64,000 nt of DNA from Oscillospiraceae bacterium (GTDB taxonomy: Bacteria > Bacillota > Clostridia > Oscillospirales > CAG-272), in contig SVTQ01000010.1 of assembly GCA_015063695.1 (NCBI GenBank), positions 609-64,608 of the forward strand. Reading direction: 5' to 3'. Numbering within the stretch: position 1 is the first letter of the stretch; each line of letters starts with the position of its first letter. The position numbers and the translations under genes were made by a program. Positions 53,362 through 64,000 of this stretch are shown here, piece after piece. The notes under the pieces were generated by a model. That model searched no databases and was not told where the DNA came from. It saw nothing but the letters and a program-made list of their open reading frames with translations.

Positions 53362-55986
53362 TTAATTTTCGTTATTATTTCTTTCTTCCTGTTCTGCAAG
53401 GGCAGCATCAAGAAGCTTTTCTATTCCCGTATCGGCATAGGGAGCGTTTTCAGTGGAAGGAGCGGGAGCTTCAGCTGTTTCAGAAATTTCTACAGCTTCC
53501 GCATTTTCCTCGGAAAATTCTTCTTCAGTTTCTTTAACCTTTTCGGTAGAGGAGAAGTTCACTACCTTTGCATCATCGGAAAGCTTAATTATCTTAACGC
53601 CGGAGGCAGTTCTTCCGTAGATGGGAATATCCTCTGCAGGAGTCTTTATGATAATACCCGTATCGGTAATAAGAAGCATATCACGGTCCTCGGAAACTAC
53701 CTTGATACCGCAAAGTTTACCTGTCTTATCGCTGAGATTATGACAGATAACACCCTGAATACCTCTGCCCTTTGAATCGAACTGAGAAGCTTCTGTTCTT
53801 TTACCAAATCCGTTTTCAGTAACAGTTATAAGCTTGTACTTTTCCTGCCACTCTTCCGTGTTAACAATAAGTGCGGCGCCTACAACGTAGTCCTCCCCGC
53901 GGAGTCTTATACCGCGGACACCTCTTGCAGTTCTGCCTACAACGGTTACGCGATCTTCTGCAAATCTTGCGCCGAGACCTTCTCTTGTTGCAATAAGTAC
54001 GTCGCAGTTGCCGTCAGTACGGGATACGAAGATAAGCTCGTCACCCTCATCAAGATTGATGGCAATCTTACCGCCGCGTCTCTGATAGCTGTACTCTGAA
54101 AGAGGAGTTCTTTTGATGATACCGCCCTTTGTAACCATTACCAGATATTCGTGTTCCGAGAATTCGGGAATTTCGATAATTGTTGTAATTCTTTCGTTTT
54201 CCGCTATCTCAAGAAGATTTACAATATTTGTACCCTTTGCAGTGGGACTTGCTTCGGGAACCTGATAAGCCTTCTTTGCAAATACCTTACCGAAGTTTGT
54301 AAAGAACAGGAGAGTTGAGTGAGAGTTTGTAACGATAACTCTTTCAATGAAGTCCTCTTCTTTAGTCTTCATTCCCGTTCTGCCGCGGCCGCCGCGCTTC
54401 TGCGCAGAGTAAACGGAGGAGGGCTGACGCTTGATGTAACCTGCGTTTGTCATTGTAACAACGCATTCGTGACGTTCAATAAGGTCTTCTATATCGATAT
54501 CGTCCTGAGACTCAACGATTACAGTCTTTCTGTCGTCACCGAATTTTCTCTTGATCTCAAGAAGGTCCTCGCGCACGATTGCCTTGATCTCATTCTTATC
54601 TGCAAGAATAGCGTTAAGTCTGTCAATGGTTGCGCGAAGCTCGGAGAGTTTGTTTTCGATCTTTTCGCGTTCCATGCCGGAAAGTCTGCCCAGAGTCATG
54701 GAAACTATAGCCTGCGCCTGCTCTTCGGAAAGACCGAAGCGTTCAATAAGGTTTACCTTAGCGCCCGAAACGTCGGGAGAGCTTCTGATAATATTTATAA
54801 CCTCGTCTATATGGTCAACTGCAAGCTGATATCCGTCGTAGATATGCTTTTCATGGAGAGCCTTTGCAAGGTCAAAACGGCATCTTCTCTCAATTACTTC
54901 CTGCTGGAAGTTTACGTAATTGTCAAGTATTTCAAGGAGAGTGAGAGTTTTGGGTTCACCGTTTACAAGAGCTATCATATTAGCCGCAAAGGTATCCTGA
55001 AGCTTTGTATACTTATAGAACTGATTGAGAATTATCTGACCGTTTACGTCGCGTCTGTATTCAACGACGATTCTGATACCCTTCTTCTTGTCAGACTCGT
55101 CTCGGATAGCAGTAACGCCCTCAATTCTCTTTTCCTTGACCTGGTCAGCCATGGCACCGATAAGAACGGACTTATTTACCATATAAGGAATTTCCGTAAT
55201 GATAATTCTGTTCTTGTCTTCTTCAACCTCGGCGCGGCCGCGCATAACTATCTTTCCCTTACCTGTGGCATATGCGTTCATGATACCGCTTGTACCGTAG
55301 ATAATACCTCCCGTGGGGAAGTCGGGACCTTTGATATACTGCATTACGTCAACAACTCCTGCTTCGGGGTTGTCCATATAATAAATTGCGGCATCAATTA
55401 TCTCACTGAGATTGTGAGGAGGAATATTCGTTGCCATACCTACGGCAATACCTACCGTACCGTTAGCAAGAAGGTTAGGAAATCTTGAGGGAAGAACGGA
55501 AGGCTCTTCTCTTGTGTAGTCAAAGTTCTGAACCATGTCTACAACATCTTTTTCGATATCCCTCATAAGCTCATCGGAGATCTTAGCCATTCTGGATTCT
55601 GTATAACGGTAAGCAGCAGCGCCGTCACCGTCAATAGAACCGAAGTTACCCTGACCCTGAATAAGAGGATAACGGTAGGAGAAATCCTGAGCCATTCTTA
55701 CCATTGTTCCGTATACTGCGGCATCACCGTGAGGATGATAACGACCAAGCACGTTACCGACGGTAGTAGCAGATTTACGGAAGGCATTGGAAGCGGTAAG
55801 GTTATCTTCATACATAGCATAAAGAATTCTTCTCTGACCGGGCTTCATACCGTCGCGAACGTCGGGAAGCGCACGGCTTGTAAGAACGGACATAGCGTAA
55901 GCCATAAAAGCTTCTCTTACCTGTCCTTCCATGTTTATGGGAACTATTTTTTGATTTTCGTAAGTTATATCTTTCTTTTCTTCCAA
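53362..55986 (-). CDS. gyrA: DNA gyrase subunit A
   Basis: [23 protein letters not shown], catalytic-Tyr region AAAYRYTE, beta-pinwheel C-terminal repeats, acidic tail. Confidence 0.97.
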   Translation of the reverse strand: MEEKKDITYENQKIVPINMEGQVREAFMAYAMSVLTSRALPDVRDGMKPGQRRILYAMYEDNLTASNAFRKSATTVGNVLGRYHPHGDAAVYGTMVRMAQDFSYRYPLIQGQGNFGSIDGDGAAAYRYTESRMAKISDELMRDIEKDVVDMVQNFDYTREEPSVLPSRFPNLLANGTVGIAVGMATNIPPHNLSEIIDAAIYYMDNPEAGVVDVMQYIKGPDFPTGGIIYGTSGIMNAYATGKGKIVMRGRAEVEEDKNRIIITEIPYMVNKSVLIGAMADQVKEKRIEGVTAIRDESDKKKGIRIVVEYRRDVNGQIILNQFYKYTKLQDTFAANMIALVNGEPKTLTLLEILDNYVNFQQEVIERRCRFDLAKALHEKHIYDGYQLAVDHIDEVINIIRSSPDVSGAKVNLIERFGLSEEQAQAIVSMTLGRLSGMEREKIENKLSELRATIDRLNAILADKNEIKAIVREDLLEIKRKFGDDRKTVIVESQDDIDIEDLIERHECVVTMTNAGYIKRQPSSVYSAQKRGGRGRTGMKTKEEDFIERVIVTNSHSTLLFFTNFGKVFAKKAYQVPEASPTAKGTNIVNLLEIAENERITTIIEIPEFSEHEYLVMVTKGGIIKRTPLSEYSYQRRGGKIAINLDEGDELIFVSRTDGNCDVLIATREGLGARFAEDRVTVVGRTARGVRGIRLRGEDYVVGAALIVNTEEWQEKYKLITVTENGFGKRTEASQFDSKGRGIQGVICHNLSDKTGKLCGIKVVSEDRDMLLITDTGIIIKTPAEDIPIYGRTASGVKIIKLSDDAKVVNFSSTEKVKETEEEFSEENAEAVEISETAEAPAPSTENAPYADTGIEKLLDAALAEQEERNNNEN

Positions 55987-56029
55987 AACTTTTTCCCTCT
56001 TTTGTATTTATTGTTTCGTTTAAATTCTG

Positions 56030-56920
56030 TTATTTTTCAAGATTTTCAGCCGTTTTGTCGGATGCAATTCTCATGGCATCGAAAATGCTTCTCTTGTTTT
56101 CAAATCTTTCAAAGAGAAATCTTGCAAGGAACATATCTCCCGCACCTTTAAAGCGTTTGATATTTGCTTTTTTTGCAGGACAAACAAACTGTCCCTCTTC
56201 ACCTACAAAAATACTTCCCTTTGAACCGAGAGTACAAAGGACCTCAACTCCCGTTTTTTCATATATGGCGGAAGCTGCCGCAAGCGCTTTCAGTCTCACT
56301 TCGTTTTCACTTCCCTCAAGAGCACATCCCGTAAGAAGGGAAAGCTCGTGTTCATTGGGTTTGATAAGGCTCGGTCCCGCTTCAAGACCCTGCTTTAAAA
56401 GCTCTCCGTCCGCATCGAGAACAGTATAAGAATTGTTCTTTTTTGCATTAAAGATAAGCATTTTATAAATATCGTTTCTGAACCCGGGAGGAGTTGAACC
56501 GCTGACTACGACGACCTTTTTTTCATCACTTGAAATAGTTTTGTCATAGAGAGCAAGAAACTTAAGAACTGCATCAAATTCAAGAGGCTCGCCGCACTCG
56601 TTTATTTCCGTATCAAGTCCTTCGGAGTCAATAATTGAAATATTTGTACGAAGTCTGCCCGAGGTCTTTATCTCAACGGGAGAAAGTCCTTCTTCAATGA
56701 AGCTTTTATAAGCTTCCTCTCCCACAGAGCCTCTGAGAATACACATCATGTCTGAATTGACACCGAGATTTTTAAGCTCTCTTGAAACGTTTATTCCCTT
56801 TCCGCTATATGAGATCTCGCTCATTTCTTCCGTTCTGTTAAGTCCTCCGGTTTTAAAAGGAACACTCAGACGGTACATTCTGTCAACGGTGGGATTAAGT
56901 GTTACGGTAACGTATTTCAT
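56030..56920 (-). CDS. PfkB-family sugar kinase (1-phosphofructokinase/tagatose-6-P kinase type)
   Basis: VTLNPTVD start, GKGINVS, C-terminal GAGDMF anion-hole motif. Only 5 nt after the gyrB stop and 43 nt before the gyrA start. Confidence 0.8.
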   Translation of the reverse strand: MKYVTVTLNPTVDRMYRLSVPFKTGGLNRTEEMSEISYSGKGINVSRELKNLGVNSDMMCILRGSVGEEAYKSFIEEGLSPVEIKTSGRLRTNISIIDSEGLDTEINECGEPLEFDAVLKFLALYDKTISSDEKKVVVVSGSTPPGFRNDIYKMLIFNAKKNNSYTVLDADGELLKQGLEAGPSLIKPNEHELSLLTGCALEGSENEVRLKALAAASAIYEKTGVEVLCTLGSKGSIFVGEEGQFVCPAKKANIKRFKGAGDMFLARFLFERFENKRSIFDAMRIASDKTAENLEK

Positions 56921-56925
56921 ACAGA

Positions 56926-58896
<1,971 letters not shown>

Positions 58897-58914
58897 TCAT
58901 TTTCCTCCTGAGCT

Positions 58915-59169
58915 TTAGAAAGGCAGCTCACACCTTTTGAGAAGAGATGCAACCGCAATCGGTGAAAGATACACCTTTTCTCCATCCTTGTTTTTAACTA
59001 TTACAAATGATTTCGGAAGATCAAAACCGACGCTTTCAAGTCTTCCGTCTTTTTCTGCATTTTTAAGATACGTTGCAGTAAGTGTGGGAGTTATTTTGCC
59101 GTCAAGCTCGAAAATTCCCACAATATCACTTTTTCTGACTATTACGTCAGCACCTAAATGTACGTACAT
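58915..59169 (-). CDS. DUF370 protein (RemB/YaaB-like)
   Basis: 84 aa, VGIFELD and SPIAVASLLKR segments. The conserved position just upstream of gyrB, as for Bacillus yaaB/remB. Confidence 0.7.
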   Translation of the reverse strand: MYVHLGADVIVRKSDIVGIFELDGKITPTLTATYLKNAEKDGRLESVGFDLPKSFVIVKNKDGEKVYLSPIAVASLLKRCELPF

Positions 59170-59174
59170 ACATT

Positions 59175-60323
59175 TTACTTTACGTTGCTTTTGGGCATTA
59201 CGTAGAACGTATAGCTTACGGGATCCTTGGAATCGGAATCACCGTTTGTTATCTTTGTACCGCTCGTAGGTCCACCAAGATTAATACAAACAGTGTTTGT
59301 ACCTTCACATGCGCGAAGAACACCTAAAATGTAACGGCAGTTATACTTGAACATGATTCCGTCCTCAAGTCCGTCTGTTGCCGCGGGAAGCTCATCGTAA
59401 ATGCTTCCGTTTGCAGAACTTGAAGAAATTTCCATAATGTCGGATTTATAATTGATAATGAGAGAGTTTTTGCTTTTACCGCCAAGTTTGTCTTCAGTTA
59501 CGATGGATGCTCTTTCAACAGCGTATCTGAAGTCAGCACAATTTACGTAAACGTGGCTGTTGCCGCCGAGAGCAAGAATTTTTTTATAGTTGAAATATTC
59601 ATCGTCAATAAGACGTGAAAAATATACGTAACCGTTAAGCTTGAAGATAACGTGCTTTCTTGCAACGCAGATCTCAATAGTATCTTCGCTGTCCTTAACG
59701 CTTCTCATAATATCAGAGAGAATTTTTGCAGGAATAATGAATTTATAATCGGAAGTTTCTCCTTCAAGAGCATATTCGGAAACTGCAAGCATATTTCTGT
59801 CACAGCCTACGCAAATAAGCTTTCCGTTTTCAATGGTAAAGAGAACGCCCGAGAATGCCTTACCCATATCTGCCTGAGCAACCGCAAAGAGAGTCTTGTT
59901 TACGAGACTTCTGAAAATGTGCTGAGGAAGAACGTAGTTCTTATCACCTGCAAGAAGAGGGAGAGAGGGATAGCTTTCGCCGGATGTTGCACCGATTTCA
60001 AAGGATGCGTTTCCGCTTGTTATCTTTGCTCTGCTCTTTCCGTCAATTTCAATGTTTATCTCTCCTTCGGGCATACTTCTTATGATCTGAAGAATGTTCT
60101 GAGAATTAACTGCAAAATTTCCTTCGGATGTGCTTTCACAGTCAACGTAGGTTCTCATACCCTTTTCCATATCGTATGCGGTAATTCTGCATTTACCTTC
60201 AATGTCCGAAGGATATTCAAAAAGTACACATTCAAGAACGTAATTAGTGTTTCTGTTGGGCGCGATAGCCGCCGCGGGAATAAGTGCATTTAAAAGCTTT
60301 TCTTTATCAAATACGAATTTCAT
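59175..60323 (-). CDS. dnaN: DNA polymerase III beta sliding clamp
   Basis: About 380 aa with three-domain periodicity. MKFVFDKEKLLNAL start. Immediately downstream of dnaA/oriC. Confidence 0.93.
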   Translation of the reverse strand: MKFVFDKEKLLNALIPAAAIAPNRNTNYVLECVLFEYPSDIEGKCRITAYDMEKGMRTYVDCESTSEGNFAVNSQNILQIIRSMPEGEINIEIDGKSRAKITSGNASFEIGATSGESYPSLPLLAGDKNYVLPQHIFRSLVNKTLFAVAQADMGKAFSGVLFTIENGKLICVGCDRNMLAVSEYALEGETSDYKFIIPAKILSDIMRSVKDSEDTIEICVARKHVIFKLNGYVYFSRLIDDEYFNYKKILALGGNSHVYVNCADFRYAVERASIVTEDKLGGKSKNSLIINYKSDIMEISSSSANGSIYDELPAATDGLEDGIMFKYNCRYILGVLRACEGTNTVCINLGGPTSGTKITNGDSDSKDPVSYTFYVMPKSNVK

Positions 60324-60898
60324 AAAATAGCTCCTTTCAAAATGGCTTCTTTAGTATAGATATTCGTTTAACTTATTTTTGGAACGAAATCATTCGTTTT
60401 TCGGATATTTCTTTTCAAATTTTAAAAATCGCCTTTACAGAGATATATTAATATATCTATTAATTGTAGTCGTAGTAGTAAGGGATGAAGAAACTGTTCA
60501 AAAGTACCGTGAAAGCTTACGGGAAAAGAATTTATCTTTTAAAATCCCTGTTCAAAACCTTAAAGCTTCCTTTCGGTTTTCTGTTTATTTCTTTTCGAAA
60601 ACTTTAAAATCTGCCTTAAAATTACTTTTTTTCAAATTTTCAGAAATAAAGGTACTTTTCTACAACGTTTTATTTTCGAAAACTTTTCTTATTTTAGGTT
60701 GTTTTTAAAATCCGTTCTTTTACTTTTTTATGAAAAAATGAAAACTTCGAAATTCTTTTCTACACGCTTTTTTCAAGCAAGGACAAGGCTTTGAATTTTT
60801 AATGTACAGCTTTTATACGACTTTTCTACAGCTTATCAACAACAAAAATTTACTGTCGGAAAGCCTGTAGAAAAGTTGTATTATTCAGAAAAGTTATC
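60324..60898. other. Predicted chromosomal origin oriC (dnaA-dnaN intergenic region)
   Basis: 575-bp AT-rich noncoding gap. CTTTTCTACA at 60655, 60755 and 60821, and inverted at 60866. TTATCAACA at 60833. 18-bp perfect palindrome AGATATATTAATATATCT at 60441..60458. TAG-TCG-TAG-TAG-TAA run at 60467..60481. Two ~31-nt AT-rich direct repeats at 60407 and 60587. Confidence 0.7.
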
Positions 60899-62314
60899 TT
60901 ACATTCTGATAGCTTTCATTATCTCGTCAACCGATTTTTCGAGATAAACGTCGTATGTAAGCATTTTCGCAAGTGAATCAATGTTAGATTTAACCGTAGA
61001 ATGTTTTCTCTGGAAAAGCATTCCGATCTCGGGAAGAGAAAGCTCCGTCATTTCTCTTATAATATACATAGAAACGTTTCTTGCTATCTGAATATGCTTA
61101 TCTCTTTTTCTTCCGATGATCTCTTCAACGGGTATTTCAAATTTTTCCGAGGTCTCGGAAATAATTTTTTCAACCATTGTTTTAGAGGAATCGTCTTCTC
61201 TTATAAAATCCTTGATGCTCTCTTTTACGATATCCATATCTACAGTAATACCGCTGAGAAAGTTAAGAGCCGCAAGCTTTTTTATAATACCTTCAATTTC
61301 CCTTATATTGGTGTGAAGCTTATCTGCGAGAAATTCAAGAATTTCATCGGAAAGCATAAGACCCGAATTTTGCGCTTTCTTTCTGAGAATTGCTATTCGA
61401 AGTTCAAAATCCGGAGGCTCAATATCTGCAATAAGTCCGTTTTCAAAACGTGAGGAAAGTCTCTTTGTAAGAGCTTCAAGCTTTGCGGGAGGCTTATCGG
61501 AGGTCATGATTATCTGTTTGTTATTTTCATAAAGAACGTCAAAGGTGTGGAAGAATTCTTCCTGTGAAGAATTTTTACCTGCAATAAACTGAATATCGTC
61601 AACAAGAAGAACGTCCGCGCTTCTGTATTTCTGTCGGAAGTTACTCATAGTACCTTCCTTGATACTGTCAATAAGGTTATTTGTAAATTCTTCGCCTTTT
61701 ACGTAAACTATCTTTTTTGAAGGATCGATTTCCAGCATCTTATTTGCAATTGCGTAGAGCAGGTGAGTTTTACCAATACCTGAAGGACCGTAAATAAAGA
61801 AGGGATTGAACTCTCGTGAGGATTTTTCCGCAACTGCTCTCGCCGCAGAGTACGCAAAAGTATTTGAAGAACCTACAACGTAATTTTCAAATGTGAAATC
61901 ATTCGTTCTCCTGTAAAAATTGTGGTCCTCATCATAAGCTCTTACAGGCTTTTTAGATTTTTGAAGAGGAATATCGTAAAAATCCTCGGGAAGAGGCTTT
62001 GAAAAATCAATTATTCCTTCTTCACCTTCGCCTATAAGCTTCCTCGGAACAAATTCTTTGTCAATTTCTATTTCAATTTCGGGAAGAAATCCAAGCTCTT
62101 TTCTGAAATATTCAACCAGTATCTCTTTGTAATGTGTGAGAATGGACTTTCTTTTGGTTTCGTTTTCAACAGCCAGATATACACATTTTGAATCTATATT
62201 AACTATTTTGCAGTTTCCGAACCAAAGATTGAAAGCGGAAGACGTTATGGCATTATCCGATTTAATGCGTTCCATTACAAGCTGAAATACCGTTTGTATG
62301 TATTTATCCGTCAT
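60899..62314 (-). CDS. dnaA: Chromosomal replication initiator DnaA
   Basis: Walker A GPSGIGKTHLL, LLVDDIQF, domain IV ARNVSMYIIREMTELSLPEIGMLFQRKHSTV. Confidence 0.97.
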   Translation of the reverse strand: MTDKYIQTVFQLVMERIKSDNAITSSAFNLWFGNCKIVNIDSKCVYLAVENETKRKSILTHYKEILVEYFRKELGFLPEIEIEIDKEFVPRKLIGEGEEGIIDFSKPLPEDFYDIPLQKSKKPVRAYDEDHNFYRRTNDFTFENYVVGSSNTFAYSAARAVAEKSSREFNPFFIYGPSGIGKTHLLYAIANKMLEIDPSKKIVYVKGEEFTNNLIDSIKEGTMSNFRQKYRSADVLLVDDIQFIAGKNSSQEEFFHTFDVLYENNKQIIMTSDKPPAKLEALTKRLSSRFENGLIADIEPPDFELRIAILRKKAQNSGLMLSDEILEFLADKLHTNIREIEGIIKKLAALNFLSGITVDMDIVKESIKDFIREDDSSKTMVEKIISETSEKFEIPVEEIIGRKRDKHIQIARNVSMYIIREMTELSLPEIGMLFQRKHSTVKSNIDSLAKMLTYDVYLEKSVDEIMKAIRM

Positions 62315-62642
62315 TTTTGCACTTCCTCTCTCTATATTATAAAATATATTAAATAATAATCTATTCTATTATATCATAATTAAATATCAATTGCAATCAA
62401 ACTTCAAATTTTTTATCATTGAAGATTTCGTCAAAATCCGAATATAAAAGACGTGAAAAGGCAGTGTTAACGGGGGTTTTTGGAATAATTTGTTATATTC
62501 TATTTTTTGTTAATGAAAAATTTACATTTATTTTTTATGCAGAACAGAAAAAATAAGAATAAGTATTAAAAAAATACTATTGTACGTCAGAAATATTTGT
62601 GGTAAAATTCAGATAAAGAAAAAGATAAGAAAGGAAAAAATT

Positions 62643-62987
62643 ATGCCTTATATTGAAATTAAAACTACAAAGAAAGTAACCGATGAAAATGGTGAGATCA
62701 TAAAGAGCGCCATGGGAAAAGCTATTGAATGTTTCCCCGGAAAAAACGAAAACTGGCTTATGGTAGGCATCGAAGACGGAATAAAAATGTGGTTCAGAGG
62801 TGATGCATCTGAGGACAGCGCCCTTGTTGACGTATGTCTTCTCGGAAAGGTTGATAAAAACGGCTCCGAAAAAATGACGGAGCAAATTTGCGATATTCTT
62901 GAAAAAGAGCTTGGCATTTCTTCCGAGCGCATTTATGTAAAGTATTCCGGCTATGAAAATTGGGGCTGGAATAAAAGCAATTTCTAA
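62643..62987 (+). CDS. MIF/tautomerase-superfamily protein
   Basis: MPYIEIKT gives catalytic-type Pro1 after Met removal. About 114 aa beta-alpha-beta duplication length typical of MIF-like tautomerases. Start after AAAGGAAAAAA. Confidence 0.55.
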   Translation: MPYIEIKTTKKVTDENGEIIKSAMGKAIECFPGKNENWLMVGIEDGIKMWFRGDASEDSALVDVCLLGKVDKNGSEKMTEQICDILEKELGISSERIYVKYSGYENWGWNKSNF

Positions 62988-63076
62988 AACATTTTTTTAT
63001 CTCGACTTTAATCATCATTTCTCTCGGCTTTAAAATGATAAAATCTTTTAAAAAGAGAGCTTAAAGGAGAGATAAA

Positions 63077-63607
63077 ATGACAGCGGAGTATATTTACAGA
63101 TGTGCTGTAGCAACCGTAAAGGTTTACGGCACGACCGACGCAGAAAAGATATTTTCAATGAGAGGCGCCGAGATAATGGATAAAGCCCCTTCGGGACTTT
63201 CGGGAATGATAATTTTGAAGGATGGAAAGCTTACAGTCTATCCACCGGAGGGAAATCTTCGGACAGTGAGAAAAATATCAATGGCACATATGTTGGGGCA
63301 CTTGGTTTTGCACCGTGAAAAGCTTTACAGAGGATTTTGCTTTGAGGATGCTCTTTTTATGAAAAAGGATTGCCACGTAGAGAAAGAAGCAGATATTTTC
63401 GCTTCTGAAATACTCATTTCCGATGAGAAAATAAAAGAGCTTGAAGGATACGGATTTACCGAAGGTCAGATAGCTTCTCACCTCGGACTTCTAAGACCTC
63501 TTGCAGGCTGCAAAATATATTCCATGAGATGCCGCGGAATTCCCGTCTGCGGTACCGCTTACAGAGAAGATTTTAATAAACGTTACGATATTGAAGTGAT
63601 AATGTAA
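63077..63607 (+). CDS. ImmA/IrrE-like domain protein with altered metal motif
   Basis: AHMLGHLVLH aligns with the family AHELGH (HExxH) motif, but Glu is replaced by Met. Downstream EKEADIFASEILI matches the family E..AN.FA..LL segment. Confidence 0.55.
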   Translation: MTAEYIYRCAVATVKVYGTTDAEKIFSMRGAEIMDKAPSGLSGMIILKDGKLTVYPPEGNLRTVRKISMAHMLGHLVLHREKLYRGFCFEDALFMKKDCHVEKEADIFASEILISDEKIKELEGYGFTEGQIASHLGLLRPLAGCKIYSMRCRGIPVCGTAYREDFNKRYDIEVIM

Positions 63608-64000
63608 ATGGCAAAGCAAACAGTAAAAACAAACGTAATGAGAGTGCTGGAAAAGGAAAAAGTTCTTTACGAGGCACACGAATATAATGAAGAAGAGACC
63701 GACGGCGAAAAGGTTGCCGCCCTTGTAGGTAAGCCTGCAAATACTGTCTTCAAAACTCTTGTTACCGAAGGCGGAAACAGAACCTATTTTGTTTTTGTAA
63801 TACCCGTGGAAAATACTCTGAATTTGAAAAAAGCCGCAAAGGCGGCAGGATGTAAATCCCTTTCGATGCTGAAACAAAAGGACCTTCTTCCACTGACGGG
63901 ATATGTTCACGGAGGCTGCTCTCCCGTGGGTATGAAAAAAATGTTTCCGACGTTTTTTCATAAAACAGCGGAAAATCTTGAAAAAATATGCGTAAGCGCA
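63608..64000 (+). CDS. ybaK: Cys-tRNA(Pro)/Cys-tRNA(Cys) deacylase YbaK (3' end outside window)
   Basis: Hand translation from ATG 63608: MAKQTVKTNVMRVLEKEKV...FKTLV...GYVHGGCSPVGMKK, typical of YbaK/EbsC. Open to the window end, so absent from the ORF track. Confidence 0.8.
   Translation, partial: MAKQTVKTNVMRVLEKEKVLYEAHEYNEEETDGEKVAALVGKPANTVFKTLVTEGGNRTYFVFVIPVENTLNLKKAAKAAGCKSLSMLKQKDLLPLTGYVHGGCSPVGMKKMFPTFFHKTAENLEKICVSA

Noticed and set aside
54319-55488. 389-aa plus-strand ORF
   Set aside because: It is antisense to gyrA.
60379-60708. 109-aa ORF inside the dnaA-dnaN spacer
   Set aside because: It is an AT-rich, repeat-derived, Phe/Lys/Leu-rich translation of the predicted oriC. 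It has no RBS.

Overview
This is a 64-kb chromosomal segment from an anaerobic Firmicute of the class Clostridia. Dockerin-bearing BspA-type LRR surface proteins, spmAB/abrB and rumen-type aryl-acid metabolism suggest a Ruminococcus/Oscillospiraceae-like organism. That placement is an inference from gene content, not a search result.

The window spans the replication-origin neighbourhood. On the minus strand lie dnaA, a predicted oriC, dnaN, a DUF370 gene, gyrB, a pfkB-family kinase and gyrA. On the plus strand lie a noc-like parB paralogue, two perfect parS sites, parA, parB and serS.

Other content:
- a cell-wall block (mreC, mreD, PBP2, then nth, DUF1385, prmC and ddl)
- pgk-tpiA
- a cation/proton antiporter
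- a two-component system next to two secreted LRR/Cys-module/dockerin proteins
- galK, pgsA, luxS and mtnN
- a minus-strand aryl-acid cluster: T-box leader, adenylate-forming ligase, Na+/solute symporter, iorAB, paaK, ACT protein and aminotransferase
- ung, asnS, pdxK, a WYL regulator with a DUF523 gene, abrB, spmAB and a MORN-repeat protein

I saw no rRNA, tRNA, CRISPR array, transposase or integrase.

Observations most worth follow-up:
1. A canonical T-box leader with an apparent Tyr (UAC) specifier sits in front of an acyl-CoA-ligase-like gene. It heads a cluster that reads as a starvation-induced salvage route from aryl acetates to aromatic amino acids by reductive carboxylation.
2. Two families of structured intergenic repeats are present. 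One is a modular G5/C5 hairpin REP-like element with 8 copies. The other is a GGCACTATGT-stem hairpin family with 5 copies. Both show compensatory stem changes.
3. One pair of the second family brackets an AT-rich SLOG(DUF1273)/XRE two-gene cassette.
4. Another pair brackets a highly structured noncoding insert of about 235 nt at a convergent gene junction.
5. The oriC has non-canonical DnaA boxes and a TAG-trio run. The origin operon lacks recF and carries a sugar kinase between gyrB and gyrA.

All coordinates were derived by hand from the printed sequence. No database or covariance-model searches were run.
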